A DNA stretch of 64,000 bases, from positions 4,000,001 through 4,064,000 of the forward strand of contig CBDBGH010000003.1 in the NCBI GenBank assembly GCA_965205265.1, read 5' to 3'. The notes beneath the pieces were generated by a model that worked only from the letters and a program-made list of their open reading frames with translations, ran no database searches and was not told where the DNA came from. The stretch is from Alphaproteobacteria bacterium. Its GTDB lineage: Bacteria; Pseudomonadota; Alphaproteobacteria; Bin95. The translations under genes and the position numbers were made by a program. Shown here piece by piece: positions 28,750-38,341 of the stretch (position 1 is the stretch's first letter; the number at the start of each line of letters is the position of its first letter).

Positions 28750-29585
28750 AGTGTGGCCAGCACGCTCTTGCGGAGCGCATCGTCCACTTCCGGGTCGGTG
28801 CCGAACCAGACTGCAAAGCCGGGCCGGGCCTGGTGCAGCAGCATGCCGAACCCGTCCACCGCGGCGAGGCCGCGCCGGCGCGCGACGGCCAGCAGCGGCG
28901 TTTCGAGCGGGACATAGACGATGTCGTTCACGACCGCGCCTTCCGGCAGCGCGTCGAGGGTAATTTCCAGCGGCGGGCCGCCGGTCATGCCGAGGCTGGT
29001 CGTGTTGACGAGAAGGCCCGCGCCGTCGAGCGCCGCATCCCGCTCCTCCCAGGCGACCGTCGTCATCGGCCCGCCGATCTCTTCCACGACTTTTTCGGCC
29101 CGCGCCGCCGTGCGGTTGGCGAGCCGCACTTCCGACGCGCCCGCATCGACGAGCGCCGCCGCCACCGCCCGCGCCGAGCCGCCCGCGCCCAGCACGACCG
29201 CCACGCCCGGCCGCCAGTCCGGCGCGGACGCACGCAGGTGCTCCAGGAAGCCGTAAGCATCCGTGTTGCTGCCATGCAGCGAGCCGTCCTCGCGCGCCAC
29301 CACCGTGTTGACCGCGCCGATCCGCCGCGCGACCGGGTCCGTCTCGTCCACCGCCCGGAGCGCGGTCTCCTTGTGCGGCAGGGTGACATTGGTGCCGGAG
29401 AAGCCCAGCCGCGGCAGCATGCGGATGGCGTCGTAGCCGTGCTCGGGGCGCACGGAATAGGGGATATAGGCGCCGTCTATGCCGTAGCGCGCGAGCCAGT
29501 GGCCGTGAATCGCGGGCGAGCGCGAATGAGAGACCGGCCAGCCCATGATGCCGGCCACCTTCGCCGCCCCCGTCAACACGGCCAT
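28746..29585 (-). CDS. aroE: Shikimate dehydrogenase
   Basis: HSRSP, NVTLPHK, NTDAYG, GAGGSAR; start 29585 or 29600. Confidence 0.95.
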   Translation of the reverse strand: MAVLTGAAKVAGIMGWPVSHSRSPAIHGHWLARYGIDGAYIPYSVRPEHGYDAIRMLPRLGFSGTNVTLPHKETALRAVDETDPVARRIGAVNTVVAREDGSLHGSNTDAYGFLEHLRASAPDWRPGVAVVLGAGGSARAVAAALVDAGASEVRLANRTAARAEKVVEEIGGPMTTVAWEERDAALDGAGLLVNTTSLGMTGGPPLEITLDALPEGAVVNDIVYVPLETPLLAVARRRGLAAVDGFGMLLHQARPGFAVWFGTDPEVDDALRKSVLATL

Positions 29586-29601
29586 TTCAGCATGCCCCAT
29601 T

Positions 29602-30213
29602 TCAGCACGCCCATGCCGGCACCCCCTCGCCGCGCAGGAATTCCAGCAGCGCCAGCAGCGGCAGTCCCAGCACGGTGAAGAAGTTCCCCTCCACGCGCTC
29701 GAACAACTGCGCCCCCGGCCCCTCCAATTGGTAGGCGCCGACCGATGCGAGCGCCGCAGGCCCGACAACCGTCAGATAGGCGTCGATGGCCGCCGGGGTC
29801 AGGGACCGCACGGCGAGCCGGGCGCGTTCCGTCCGCTTCCAGAGGACGATCCCGTCCCTGAGCGCAACGGCCGCCGTCACCAGTTCATGCTCGCGGCCCG
29901 CAAAGGCGGCGAGATGGGCGGCCGCTTCGCCCAGATTCCGCGGCTTGTCGAAACGCCGGTCGCCCATGACGAGCAATTGGTCCGCGCCAAGCACCAGCCG
30001 GCCGGGATGCGTCGCCGCGACGGCCGCCGCCTTGGCTTCCGCCAGCGCCAGCGCAAGGGCGTCGTGGTCGAGCCCGCCGAACTCTGCCTTTACCCGGTCT
30101 TCGTCAACGCCGGAGGCGATCTGCTCGACCGGCACCCCGGCGGCGGCGAGCAGGCGCGCCCGCACGGCGCTGGCAGAGGCCAGGATCGGCGGTTCAACCC
30201 GCCGCGCTGCCAT
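29602..30213 (-). CDS. maf: Maf family nucleoside triphosphate pyrophosphatase
   Basis: ILASASAVR, LGADQ, VGAYQLEG, LGLPL. Confidence 0.92.
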   Translation of the reverse strand: MAARRVEPPILASASAVRARLLAAAGVPVEQIASGVDEDRVKAEFGGLDHDALALALAEAKAAAVAATHPGRLVLGADQLLVMGDRRFDKPRNLGEAAAHLAAFAGREHELVTAAVALRDGIVLWKRTERARLAVRSLTPAAIDAYLTVVGPAALASVGAYQLEGPGAQLFERVEGNFFTVLGLPLLALLEFLRGEGVPAWAC

Positions 30214-31024
30214 GGGCGCGCTCCTCCAGCAGGCGGATGATGCCGGCAGCCGTTTCCTCGATGGACCGCCGGGTGACGTCTATGGACGGCCAGCCTTTTT
30301 CGGAAAAGAGACGGCGCGAGGCTGCCACCTCGGTCCGCACCCGGTCGAGGTCCACATAGTCGGTCTCGCGCTGCTCATGCAATGTGCGCAAGCGATTGCG
30401 GCGCACCTGCACCAGCCGGTCCGGATCGACTGTGAGGCCCACCACCAGCGGACGCGTCAATTGCATCACCTGCTCCGGCAGCGGCACTTCCGGCACGAAG
30501 GGCACATTCGCGGCCTTGTAGCCGAGATTGGCGAGATAGATGCAGGTCGGCGTCTTGGAGCTGCGGGAGACGCCGATCACGACGATATCCGCGTTGTCCA
30601 GGTCGTCGCTCATCTGGCCGTCGTCATGCACCATGGTGAACTGCATGGCGTCGATGCGGTCGAAATACCTGTCATCGAGCTTCTGGCGCCGGCCGGGGCG
30701 GTGATGCGCCGGCCGGCCGGCCCATTCGCTGATGGCCGTCACCGGTTCGTCGAGCAGCGAGACGAAGGGCGCCCCGGCCTCCCGGCAGGCAACCTCAAGC
30801 CTATGGCGGAGCTCATCGTTGACCACGGTTGCAAGCACCACGCCCGGCGTTGCACGTATGCCCTCGATCACACCGAGAAGCTGGTCCGTATTTCGAACGA
30901 GGACCCAGAAATGCTCCCAGACCGCTATGCCGTCGAACTGGCTGACGCAGGCCCGGCCGAGCGTGCGCACGGTCTCGCCGGTCGCATCGGAGACCAGATG
31001 CAGGTGAACGACCGGATTATCCAC
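30194..31024 (-). CDS. ppsR: Pyruvate phosphate dikinase/PEP synthase regulatory kinase-pyrophosphorylase (DUF299)
   Basis: HLHLVSDATGET, HDDGQ, GVSRSSKTP, RSIEETA. Confidence 0.93.
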   Translation of the reverse strand: MDNPVVHLHLVSDATGETVRTLGRACVSQFDGIAVWEHFWVLVRNTDQLLGVIEGIRATPGVVLATVVNDELRHRLEVACREAGAPFVSLLDEPVTAISEWAGRPAHHRPGRRQKLDDRYFDRIDAMQFTMVHDDGQMSDDLDNADIVVIGVSRSSKTPTCIYLANLGYKAANVPFVPEVPLPEQVMQLTRPLVVGLTVDPDRLVQVRRNRLRTLHEQRETDYVDLDRVRTEVAASRRLFSEKGWPSIDVTRRSIEETAAGIIRLLEERAHGSAAG

Positions 31025-31282
31025 GCAACCTCCGGGGAAAAGCAGTGAAGAACCGGAAGCCACTGATAACACACCCGACTCTCCCCCCGCGCCCCCAAAC
31101 CTTCCCCAGCCTGAAAAGAACAACTTCAATCCCGTGGATAACGGGAGCAGGCATATCCCGATGCAGCTTCCCGGAATGACGGGCAAGGGATAATGCCTGT
31201 TTCCACAGCCGGGAGCGGCTATATAGAAAAAACAAGAATTCGGAATCTCTTCTATCCGGTTAAGGAAGCGCTGCCGGCCGGC
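31017..31282. promoter_or_regulatory. Putative chromosomal replication origin (oriC)
   Basis: DnaA-box-like TTATCCACG (31017-25), its reverse complement CGTGGATAA (31133-41), GTTTCCACA (31199-207), AT-rich tract 31220-40; DUF299/hemE divergent context as in Caulobacter Cori. Confidence 0.78.
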
Positions 31283-32287
31283 ATGGTCAAACCCCTCCTG
31301 AGAGCCCTTGCAGGCGAGGCCGTGCGCCCGGCGCCGTTCTGGCTGATGCGCCAGGCCGGGCGCTACCTGCCGGAATACCGGAAGCTGCGCGCCTCGGCGG
31401 ACGGCTTCCTCGACCTTTGCTTCTCCCCGGCGCTCGCATCCGAGATCACGCTGCAGCCGGTGCGCCGCTTCGAACCCGATGCCGCGATCCTGTTCTCGGA
31501 CATCCTGACGATTCCCTACGCCATGGGCCAGGAGGTGCGTTTCGTGGAAGGAAGGGGACCCGTCCTCGGCCCTCTCGATCCTGCCGCCTTGCGTCCCGTC
31601 GGGGAGCGGTTGAAGCCGGTTTACGAGACGGTGAGCCTGGTGCGCGCCGGTCTGCCCCGCGAAACGGCGCTGATCGGGTTTGCAGGCGCTCCCTGGACGG
31701 TGGCGGCCTATATGGTCGAAGGAGGCTCCAGCCGCGACTGGCTCAAGGTGCGGCGGATGGCGTTCGGCGAGGCGGAGCGCTTCGCGGCGCTGATCGACCG
31801 GCTCGTGGACGCCACCATCGATCATCTGGCAGCGCAGGCAGCGGCCGGGGCGGAGGCGCTGCAGCTTTTCGAAAGCTGGGCGGGCCTGTTGCCGCCTTCC
31901 GGCATGAGGCGCTGGTGCCTGGAGCCGACGCGGCGAATTGCGGCGGCCCTGAAGGAACGCCATCCCTCCGTGCCGCTGATCCTCTTTCCGCGCGGCGCAG
32001 GAACGCTACTGCCGGCGTTCGCGGAAATTGGCGATTGCGTCGGCCTCGACACGACCGTGGACCCAGACTGGGCGGCGCGCAGCATTCAGAATGCCGCGGC
32101 GGTGCAGGGCAATCTCGACCCCGCGCTGCTGGTTGTGGGCGGGGAAGCCATGGAACGGGCCGCCGGCGGGATCCTGTCGGCACTCCGGCAGGGCCCGCAT
32201 GTCTTCAATCTCGGTCACGGCGTCCTGCCGGTCACGCCGCCGGAGCATGTTGCCGCCTTGCGCCGGTTCGTGCGGGAGACGCCGTGA
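31283..32287 (+). CDS. hemE: Uroporphyrinogen decarboxylase
   Basis: WLMRQAGRYLPEY, AAILFSDIL, FNLGHGV. Confidence 0.96.
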   Translation: MVKPLLRALAGEAVRPAPFWLMRQAGRYLPEYRKLRASADGFLDLCFSPALASEITLQPVRRFEPDAAILFSDILTIPYAMGQEVRFVEGRGPVLGPLDPAALRPVGERLKPVYETVSLVRAGLPRETALIGFAGAPWTVAAYMVEGGSSRDWLKVRRMAFGEAERFAALIDRLVDATIDHLAAQAAAGAEALQLFESWAGLLPPSGMRRWCLEPTRRIAAALKERHPSVPLILFPRGAGTLLPAFAEIGDCVGLDTTVDPDWAARSIQNAAAVQGNLDPALLVVGGEAMERAAGGILSALRQGPHVFNLGHGVLPVTPPEHVAALRRFVRETP

Positions 32288-33300
32288 GCCGGCTCGCCAT
32301 CATCCTCTTCAACCTGGGCGGGCCCGACAGCCCGGAGGCCGTCAGGCCGTTCCTGCGCAACCTGTTTTCCGATCCCGCCATCCTGACGGTCCCGGCTCCC
32401 GTCCGCTTTTTCCTGTCGCGCTTTATCGCCGGGCGGCGGGAAGCCCCGGCGCGCGCGGCCTATGAGCGGCTGGGCGGGGCCTCGCCGCTGCTGGCGCAGA
32501 CCGAGGCGCAGGCCCGGGCGCTCGAAGCCGCATTGGAGGTGCGGGGACAGGAGGCGCGCTGCTTCATCGCGATGCGCTACTGGCATCCGCGCGCAGCGGC
32601 GGCGCTTCCGGCGGTTCGCGACTACCGGCCGGACGAGATCGTGGCGCTGCCGCTCTATCCGCAGTTCTCGACCACCACTTCGGGCTCGTCGCTTGCCGAA
32701 TGGCGGAAACTGGCCGGCGCGGACGAGACGTTGCGGGTCCTCTGCTGCCATCCCCTGCTGGAGGGCCTGGTGGAAGCCTGGGCGGGTCCTCTGGCCGAAG
32801 CGATCCGCCGCGCGCGCGCCGCCGGCCCGGTCCGCGTGCTGTTCACCGCGCACGGCCTGCCGGAGCGGGTGATTGCGAAGGGCGACCCCTATGCGTGGCA
32901 GGTGGAGCGGACGGCCGAAGCGATTCGCGCTGCGGCCGAGGCAAGGCTGGACTCCCTCGACGGCGTAGACTGGCGCGTGACCTGGCAGAGCCGGGCCACG
33001 CCGGAGAAATGGCTCGAGCCCGACACGGAGGCCGAGGTCGAGGCGGGCGCAAGGGAGGGTCTGGCGCTGGTGCTGGCGCCGATCGCATTCGTCTCCGAAC
33101 ACTCCGAGACGCTGGTGGAACTCGACATCGAATACAAGACCGTGGCGGAGCGCGCCGGCGCTGCCGCCTGGGAGCGTGTGGCGACGCCGGGCGCGGCCCC
33201 CTCCTATATCGAGGGCCTCGCAGATCTGGTACTCGACCGCCGGCCGCGAAAGCGCCTCTGTCCCGCGTCCTGCACAGGCTGCCCGGTCGCTGCCCGATGA
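32284..33300 (+). CDS. hemH: Ferrochelatase
   Basis: LFNLGGP, AMRYWHP, LPLYPQFS, FVSEHSETLVELD. Confidence 0.96.
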   Translation: MSRLAIILFNLGGPDSPEAVRPFLRNLFSDPAILTVPAPVRFFLSRFIAGRREAPARAAYERLGGASPLLAQTEAQARALEAALEVRGQEARCFIAMRYWHPRAAAALPAVRDYRPDEIVALPLYPQFSTTTSGSSLAEWRKLAGADETLRVLCCHPLLEGLVEAWAGPLAEAIRRARAAGPVRVLFTAHGLPERVIAKGDPYAWQVERTAEAIRAAAEARLDSLDGVDWRVTWQSRATPEKWLEPDTEAEVEAGAREGLALVLAPIAFVSEHSETLVELDIEYKTVAERAGAAAWERVATPGAAPSYIEGLADLVLDRRPRKRLCPASCTGCPVAAR

Positions 33301-33743
33301 GTTGGCTCTTCGCGCTCTACCCCTGGATCAAGGCGCTGCATATCGCGGCTGTCGTCTTCTGGATGGCCGGAATGCTCTATCTGCCGCGCCTCTTCGTCTA
33401 TCATCTGGAGACCGAGCCGGGCGCGGCGGACAGCGAGCGCTTCAAGGTGATGGAACGGCGCCTGCTCAGGGTCATCGTCAACCCGGCGATGATCGCGGCC
33501 TTCCTGTTCGGCGGTCTCCTGCTCTGGGTCTCGCCGAACATGGAGTGGGACTCCGGCTGGCTCTGGGGCAAGCTCGCCGGCGTGGCCGTATTGTCCTGGC
33601 TGCACCACGTCTTCGCACGCTGGCGCAAGCATCTCGACGAGGATGGCCGGAGCCTTTCCGCGCGCCGCTGCCGCCTCGCCAACGAAGCCCCGGCGCTGCT
33701 GACGCTCGCCATCGTCATCCTGGTCGTCGTCAAGCCGTTCTGA
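33297..33743 (+). CDS. hemJ: Protoporphyrinogen oxidase HemJ
   Basis: WIKALHI, YLPRLFVYH, MERRL, NEAP...VVVKPF. Confidence 0.93.
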   Translation: MSWLFALYPWIKALHIAAVVFWMAGMLYLPRLFVYHLETEPGAADSERFKVMERRLLRVIVNPAMIAAFLFGGLLLWVSPNMEWDSGWLWGKLAGVAVLSWLHHVFARWRKHLDEDGRSLSARRCRLANEAPALLTLAIVILVVVKPF

Positions 33744-33786
33744 ATGTGGAAATCGGCAGTAGTATGGAGCCGCAGGAGGGTTCCGC

Positions 33787-35232
33787 ATGGCCGCTGACGA
33801 ACCGCGTTTCCTGATCGTGGCGATGGACGGGCTCCGGCCCGACATGATCTCGGAGGAAGCCTGCCCGGCGGTGGCGCGCTTCATCGCGGAGGGCTGCGTG
33901 TGGCCGCGGGCGCGGACCGTCTTCCCGAGCGAAACCCGCGTCGTCACGCCGACCGTCGCCACGGGCGCCTGGCCCGCCCGGCACGGACAGATCGCCAACA
34001 CCTTCCCGACGCCCGGCAACGGGCCGCTCATCAATACCGCACCGGTCGAGGGTCTGCTGGCGGCGGTCGAGCATTTCGGCGATGCGCTGATCGCCGCGCC
34101 CTCGCTCGGCGACCGGCTGGCAGCGGCGGGCAGGCGCTATGCCGTGGTCTCGTCCGGCACGGCCGGCAACGCCTATTGCCTCAACCCCCGCGCGCGGGGG
34201 CGGGAGCAGGCGGTCTTCTCGGTGCAGGGGCCCGAGATCAGCACGCCCGCGGCCGACCATGCCGGGATCGAGGAGCGACTGGGTCCGGTGCCCGCGCAGG
34301 CGCTTCCGAACAGCGAACGCTGCCGCTATGCGACCCGCGTGCTTCTGGAGGAAATGCTGCCGAAGCACGACCCGCATGTCGCCGTCATCTGGTATTCCGA
34401 GCCCGACATCGCCATGCACTATGCCGGCATCGGTTCGGACGCCTGCCGGGATGCGCTCGCCTGCGTGGATGCGGAATTCGCGCAATTGCTGGCGGTGCTG
34501 GAAGCCAGGCCCGACGCCGCCGATTGGAATGTCGTCCTGCTCTCCGACCACGGCCAGGTCACAATCCGCGAGAAGATCGACGTGGCGGCGGAAATGCGCG
34601 CCGCGGGCTTCCGCGCCGGGCCCCGCATCGACGCCGACACCGACTATGCGGTGGTCTCGTCCTCCTGCGGCAATGTCATGAGCCGCGACGGCCGGATCGC
34701 GAAGCTGGCGGACTGGATGCGCGAGCAGCCCTGGGCGGGGCTGCTGTTCGCGCGCGGCATGAACGAGGTCGAGGGCCATGTCGCCGGCAGCTTCTCGCTG
34801 GGGCTGGTGGGCCTCGACCATGAGCGCACGCCGCATCTCGTCTATACGCTCGGCCAGGACGACGAGCCCAACCGGTGGGGGTTCGCCGGCGGCGCGATCG
34901 CGGGGACGGGCGACTCGCCGCCGGTTGCCTTCGGCGGCATCCATGGCGGGCTGCATACGAAGGAGCTGTCCTGCTTGCTGGCGGCGCAGGGCCCGCATTT
35001 TCCCGCGGCCGCATGCGCGGAGGCCCCGGTGGGCCCCATCGACATTGCGCCGACCGTGCTCGCGGCCTTCGGCATCGCGCCGGCGGAGACGGTCGCCGGC
35101 GGGCCGCTGGTCCGGCCCGGCCTGCCGCAAAGCCGCGTCTTCGAGGCCGTCGCGGGCGGCTATGCGGCGCGCATCGAGATGCTGGAGATCGGCGCCCGGC
35201 GCTATCTGGACTCGGGCCGGCGGGCGAGCTGA
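33787..35232 (+). CDS. Alkaline phosphatase superfamily (NPP/phosphodiesterase-like) protein
   Basis: DGLRPD, FPSETRV, EPDIAMH, SDHGQ, HGGL, DIAPT. Confidence 0.87.
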   Translation: MAADEPRFLIVAMDGLRPDMISEEACPAVARFIAEGCVWPRARTVFPSETRVVTPTVATGAWPARHGQIANTFPTPGNGPLINTAPVEGLLAAVEHFGDALIAAPSLGDRLAAAGRRYAVVSSGTAGNAYCLNPRARGREQAVFSVQGPEISTPAADHAGIEERLGPVPAQALPNSERCRYATRVLLEEMLPKHDPHVAVIWYSEPDIAMHYAGIGSDACRDALACVDAEFAQLLAVLEARPDAADWNVVLLSDHGQVTIREKIDVAAEMRAAGFRAGPRIDADTDYAVVSSSCGNVMSRDGRIAKLADWMREQPWAGLLFARGMNEVEGHVAGSFSLGLVGLDHERTPHLVYTLGQDDEPNRWGFAGGAIAGTGDSPPVAFGGIHGGLHTKELSCLLAAQGPHFPAAACAEAPVGPIDIAPTVLAAFGIAPAETVAGGPLVRPGLPQSRVFEAVAGGYAARIEMLEIGARRYLDSGRRAS

Positions 35233-36044
35233 GCCTCGCGCCGGACGATGTAGAAGGTGGAGGCGAAAATCACCGCGCCGCCCGCCAGCGCCCAGACCGA
35301 GGGCGCCTCGTCGAAGATCAGCATGGCGACCAACACCATCATCGGCAGCCGGGTGAACTCCCAGGGCATCACCACGGTAAGGTCGGCGAGGGAAAGCGCG
35401 CGGACGAACGCCATGTGCCCGAGCGAGGCGACGCCGGCGAGCGCGAACAGCACGATCCAGGTCTCCCAGCCGGGCCACCGCCAGACGAACAGCGCCGGCG
35501 GCAGCGACAGCACGGCGATGATGGCGGAGGCCAGGAAAACGATGCGCTCCACCGGCTCCCGGTGCGCCAGCCGCTTGATGACCAGCGTCGAGGCGGCGAT
35601 CATCAAGGCGTTGGCGAAGGCGAGGCCGGCGCCGGCATTGAGGCCCGAGAAATCCGGGCGCAGCACCAGCATGGAGCCGAGGAAGCCGACCACGATGGCG
35701 GTCCAGCGCCGTGCGCGCACGGTCTCCCCCAGCACGAGCGCCGCGCCCGCAGTCGCGAAGAGCGGCATGGTGAAGGAGAGCGCGGTGACATCGGCGAGCG
35801 GCATGACGATGACCGCCCAGAAGCCGCAGATCATGCCGACCGTGCCGAAGGCGCCGCGCATCGCGTAGAGGCGCCAGGGGAAGCCCGGCCGCCGGAGCGC
35901 CGAGAGGTTCAGCCGGCGGAAGAACGGGGCCATGAAGGCCAGCACCAGCAGGTTGCGGAAGAAGACGATCTGGAACGGGTGCAGCTCGGTCGAAGCGAAG
36001 CGGATGCACACGCTCATGGCCGTAAACGCGGCCATCGCCGCCAT
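35202..36044 (-). CDS. DMT/EamA family transporter
   Basis: IVFFRNL, LGETVRARRW; about 10 TM segments; start may lie slightly upstream. Confidence 0.87.
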   Translation of the reverse strand: MAAMAAFTAMSVCIRFASTELHPFQIVFFRNLLVLAFMAPFFRRLNLSALRRPGFPWRLYAMRGAFGTVGMICGFWAVIVMPLADVTALSFTMPLFATAGAALVLGETVRARRWTAIVVGFLGSMLVLRPDFSGLNAGAGLAFANALMIAASTLVIKRLAHREPVERIVFLASAIIAVLSLPPALFVWRWPGWETWIVLFALAGVASLGHMAFVRALSLADLTVVMPWEFTRLPMMVLVAMLIFDEAPSVWALAGGAVIFASTFYIVRREAQLARRPESR

Positions 36045-36094
36045 GGCCAGAATGCCGGCCCTGGCGATGGCCGGCAGATGGTTCCAGGCCGGGA

Positions 36095-36706
36095 TCAGCC
36101 GAATAGCGGGGACTCGTCCTCGACGGGTTCGGGGTCGAACTGGGGCCGCTCCGCAGCTTCGAGCGCCTCGCGCTCCTCGGCCGGCAGCTTGGCGCGCGCC
36201 TTGGCCGTTTCCTCGGCCAGGTCGATATAGGTGCAGAGCCCGAGATCGACCGGGTGCTGCGGTCGGATATTGCTGGTGTTCCAGTGCGTGCGCTCGCGCA
36301 CGGCCGTGATCGTGTTCTTGGTGGTGCCGATCAGCTTGCCGATCTGGGCGTCCGAGAGTTCCGCCCGGTTGCGGAGCAGCCAGGCGATCCCGTCCGGCTT
36401 GTCCTGGCGCTTGGAGACGGGCGTGTAGCGCGGGCCGCCGCTCCGCGCCGTGGCGCGCGGCGAATCCCGTTTCGCCATGACGAGCCGGCTGTCGGGCAGG
36501 GCTTCGCAGCGGGCGATCTCCTCGCGGGTGAGTTCATCGTGCGCAATCGGGTCGCGGCCGTTGATGCCGGCCCCGATATCGCCGTCCGCCAGCGCCTGCA
36601 CTTCCAGCGTGTGGAGGCTGCAAAACGCGCCGATCTGCTCGAAGGTCAGGCGCGTATTGTCGATCAGCCAGACCGCTGTCGCCTTCGGCATAAGGGGCAT
36701 GTCCAT
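36095..36706 (-). CDS. DUF1013 family protein (TrcR-like)
   Basis: PLMPKATAVWLIDNT, RYTPVSKRQDKPD, IGTTK, RTHWN. Confidence 0.9.
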   Translation of the reverse strand: MDMPLMPKATAVWLIDNTRLTFEQIGAFCSLHTLEVQALADGDIGAGINGRDPIAHDELTREEIARCEALPDSRLVMAKRDSPRATARSGGPRYTPVSKRQDKPDGIAWLLRNRAELSDAQIGKLIGTTKNTITAVRERTHWNTSNIRPQHPVDLGLCTYIDLAEETAKARAKLPAEEREALEAAERPQFDPEPVEDESPLFG

Positions 36707-36758
36707 GGGAGAGGCGCTTTCGGTTTCAGGGAAGATAACGAGTCAGAAATAGGATGTT

Positions 36759-37631
36759 TTACTTCGGTTGCAAAGGCCGGGACGGCAGGATCGGGCCGGG
36801 CGCCGCCTCGTCGAATTGCGGCAGATCGTCGGTAATCCTGTGCCAGGGGGCCATGGAGCCGGTGTAGATATGGCGGTCCACATCCCGCCCCGGATCGTCG
36901 TCCAGCGCCGCCATCGGCGTGACGGCGAGGCCGCGCTCCGGGGAACGCCGGGGAACGCCGGAGCCGCAGACGCGGCAGAAGGACACCGCGAAATGCCGGG
37001 CTTCCGGCAGTTTCCATTCCACCGCGAGTTCCTCGCCCCGGACAAAACGCAGGCCGTCGATCGGGGTGAAGCCGTTGGTGGCATGGGCCGCGGCGCGCGC
37101 CCTCTGGCAGCGCGAGCAATGGCAGTTGTGGACGCGCCCGAAGGGCTCCAGCACCTCCCAGACGATACCGCCGCAAAGGCAGCTTCCGGCCAGCCCCTCC
37201 ATGCCCTCCGGCCGGGCGCGCTCGATCTCGGGCAGCCCCTTGTTCGGCGGCCAGCCGTCGAAGCGGATGAGGTCGTCGGAAATCCTGTCCCAGGCCGGCG
37301 CCGAAGCGGCGAAGATATGGGCGTTCGGGCGCTTTCCGGGATCGTCGGCGAAGAGGCCGGCCGGCACGAACCAGCCCTCGGCCGGCGAGCGCCCCGGCAG
37401 GGAAGACCCGCAGGCGGCGCAGAAGGAGCGGTGGAAGCCCGGCGAGGACTCGTAGCGCCGGACCGCGCCTTCCCCGGCGGTCCAGCGGAAAGCCTCCTCG
37501 CGGACCCGCGCCATGGTCGCGAAGGCGGCGCCGTGATGCTTGCGGCACATCGAGCAGTGGCAATGGGAGAGGTCGCGCACAACGTCCACGGCGAAGCGCA
37601 CGGTCCCGCAAAGGCAGCGTCCCTCGATCAT
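36759..37631 (-). CDS. Tandem GFA/CENP-V family protein
   Basis: Two GxCLCG...CHCSxC...FCxxCGS repeats. Confidence 0.9.
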   Translation of the reverse strand: MIEGRCLCGTVRFAVDVVRDLSHCHCSMCRKHHGAAFATMARVREEAFRWTAGEGAVRRYESSPGFHRSFCAACGSSLPGRSPAEGWFVPAGLFADDPGKRPNAHIFAASAPAWDRISDDLIRFDGWPPNKGLPEIERARPEGMEGLAGSCLCGGIVWEVLEPFGRVHNCHCSRCQRARAAAHATNGFTPIDGLRFVRGEELAVEWKLPEARHFAVSFCRVCGSGVPRRSPERGLAVTPMAALDDDPGRDVDRHIYTGSMAPWHRITDDLPQFDEAAPGPILPSRPLQPK

Positions 37632-37688
37632 ATCGGCCCTCCCGGCAAATCGGCGGCGAGCATAGCGCAAAACCGGGCGGGATTATTC

Positions 37689-37719
37689 CTTGCCAATACT
37701 TGCCAATTGGCGATAGCAT
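37689..37719 (+). promoter_or_regulatory. Putative autoregulated leaderless promoter/operator of parDE
   Basis: TTGCCA-18 nt-TAGCAT, ATG a few nt downstream; direct repeat CTTGCCAAT x2 and palindrome GCCAATTGGC. Confidence 0.55.
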
Positions 37720-37725
37720 TGGGTC

Positions 37726-37965
37726 ATGACAACGATGAACATATCGCTTCCGGACACTCTGAAGGCGTTCGTGGACGATCAGGTCGGCGTGCGCGGCTAC
37801 AGCAGTTCGAGCGAATATGTCCGCGAATTGATCCGCAGGGAACAAGATCGCCAGAGCCTGCGTAACATGCTCCTCGAAGGAGCGACATCGCCGCTGGCGG
37901 TTACGGCCGATGCGGACTACTTCGACGGGGTGCGTCAGCGGATTCGCCGAGCAGCCCCCAGGTGA
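37726..37965 (+). CDS. parD: ParD-like RHH antitoxin
   Basis: MTTMNISLPDTLKAFVD...GYSSSSEYVRELIR. Confidence 0.9.
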   Translation: MTTMNISLPDTLKAFVDDQVGVRGYSSSSEYVRELIRREQDRQSLRNMLLEGATSPLAVTADADYFDGVRQRIRRAAPR

Positions 37966-38291
37966 GCGTCAGGCCGGTCGTCCTGCGCGGGCGTGCACGG
38001 CGCGATTTCGACGATGCCGTAGAGTACTATCTAGAAGAGGCGGGGCCCGCGCTTGCGGAGGATTTCACAGACGCAGTCGAGCAAACGCTACGCCATATTG
38101 GCGAATCGCCGGCGACTGGTTCTCCTCGCTATGCGCACGAACTCGATATTCCCGGCTTGCGCTTCAGAATGGCTGGGAAGTTTCCGCATCTGGTGTTTTA
38201 CGTCGATAGAGATTCGGTCGTTGAAGTCTGGCGCATCCTGCATGGCTCAAGGGATATTCCGGCGCGGATGCAGGAGCCGGGCGAAGACTGA
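37962..38291 (+). CDS. parE: RelE/ParE family toxin
   Basis: ARRDFDDAVEYY, PATGSPRY, FPHLVFY, RILHGSRD; GTGA overlap. Confidence 0.9.
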   Translation: MSVRPVVLRGRARRDFDDAVEYYLEEAGPALAEDFTDAVEQTLRHIGESPATGSPRYAHELDIPGLRFRMAGKFPHLVFYVDRDSVVEVWRILHGSRDIPARMQEPGED

Positions 38292-38341
38292 TTCGCAGTT
38301 CCCGCCATGCACAGCATGAGCGCGGCCCGGAGGGCGAGAGC

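Noticed and set aside
29582-29615. Short duplication CCATTTCAGCA at the maf/aroE junction
   Set aside because: A local ~15-bp slippage duplication that only affects the choice of start codon.
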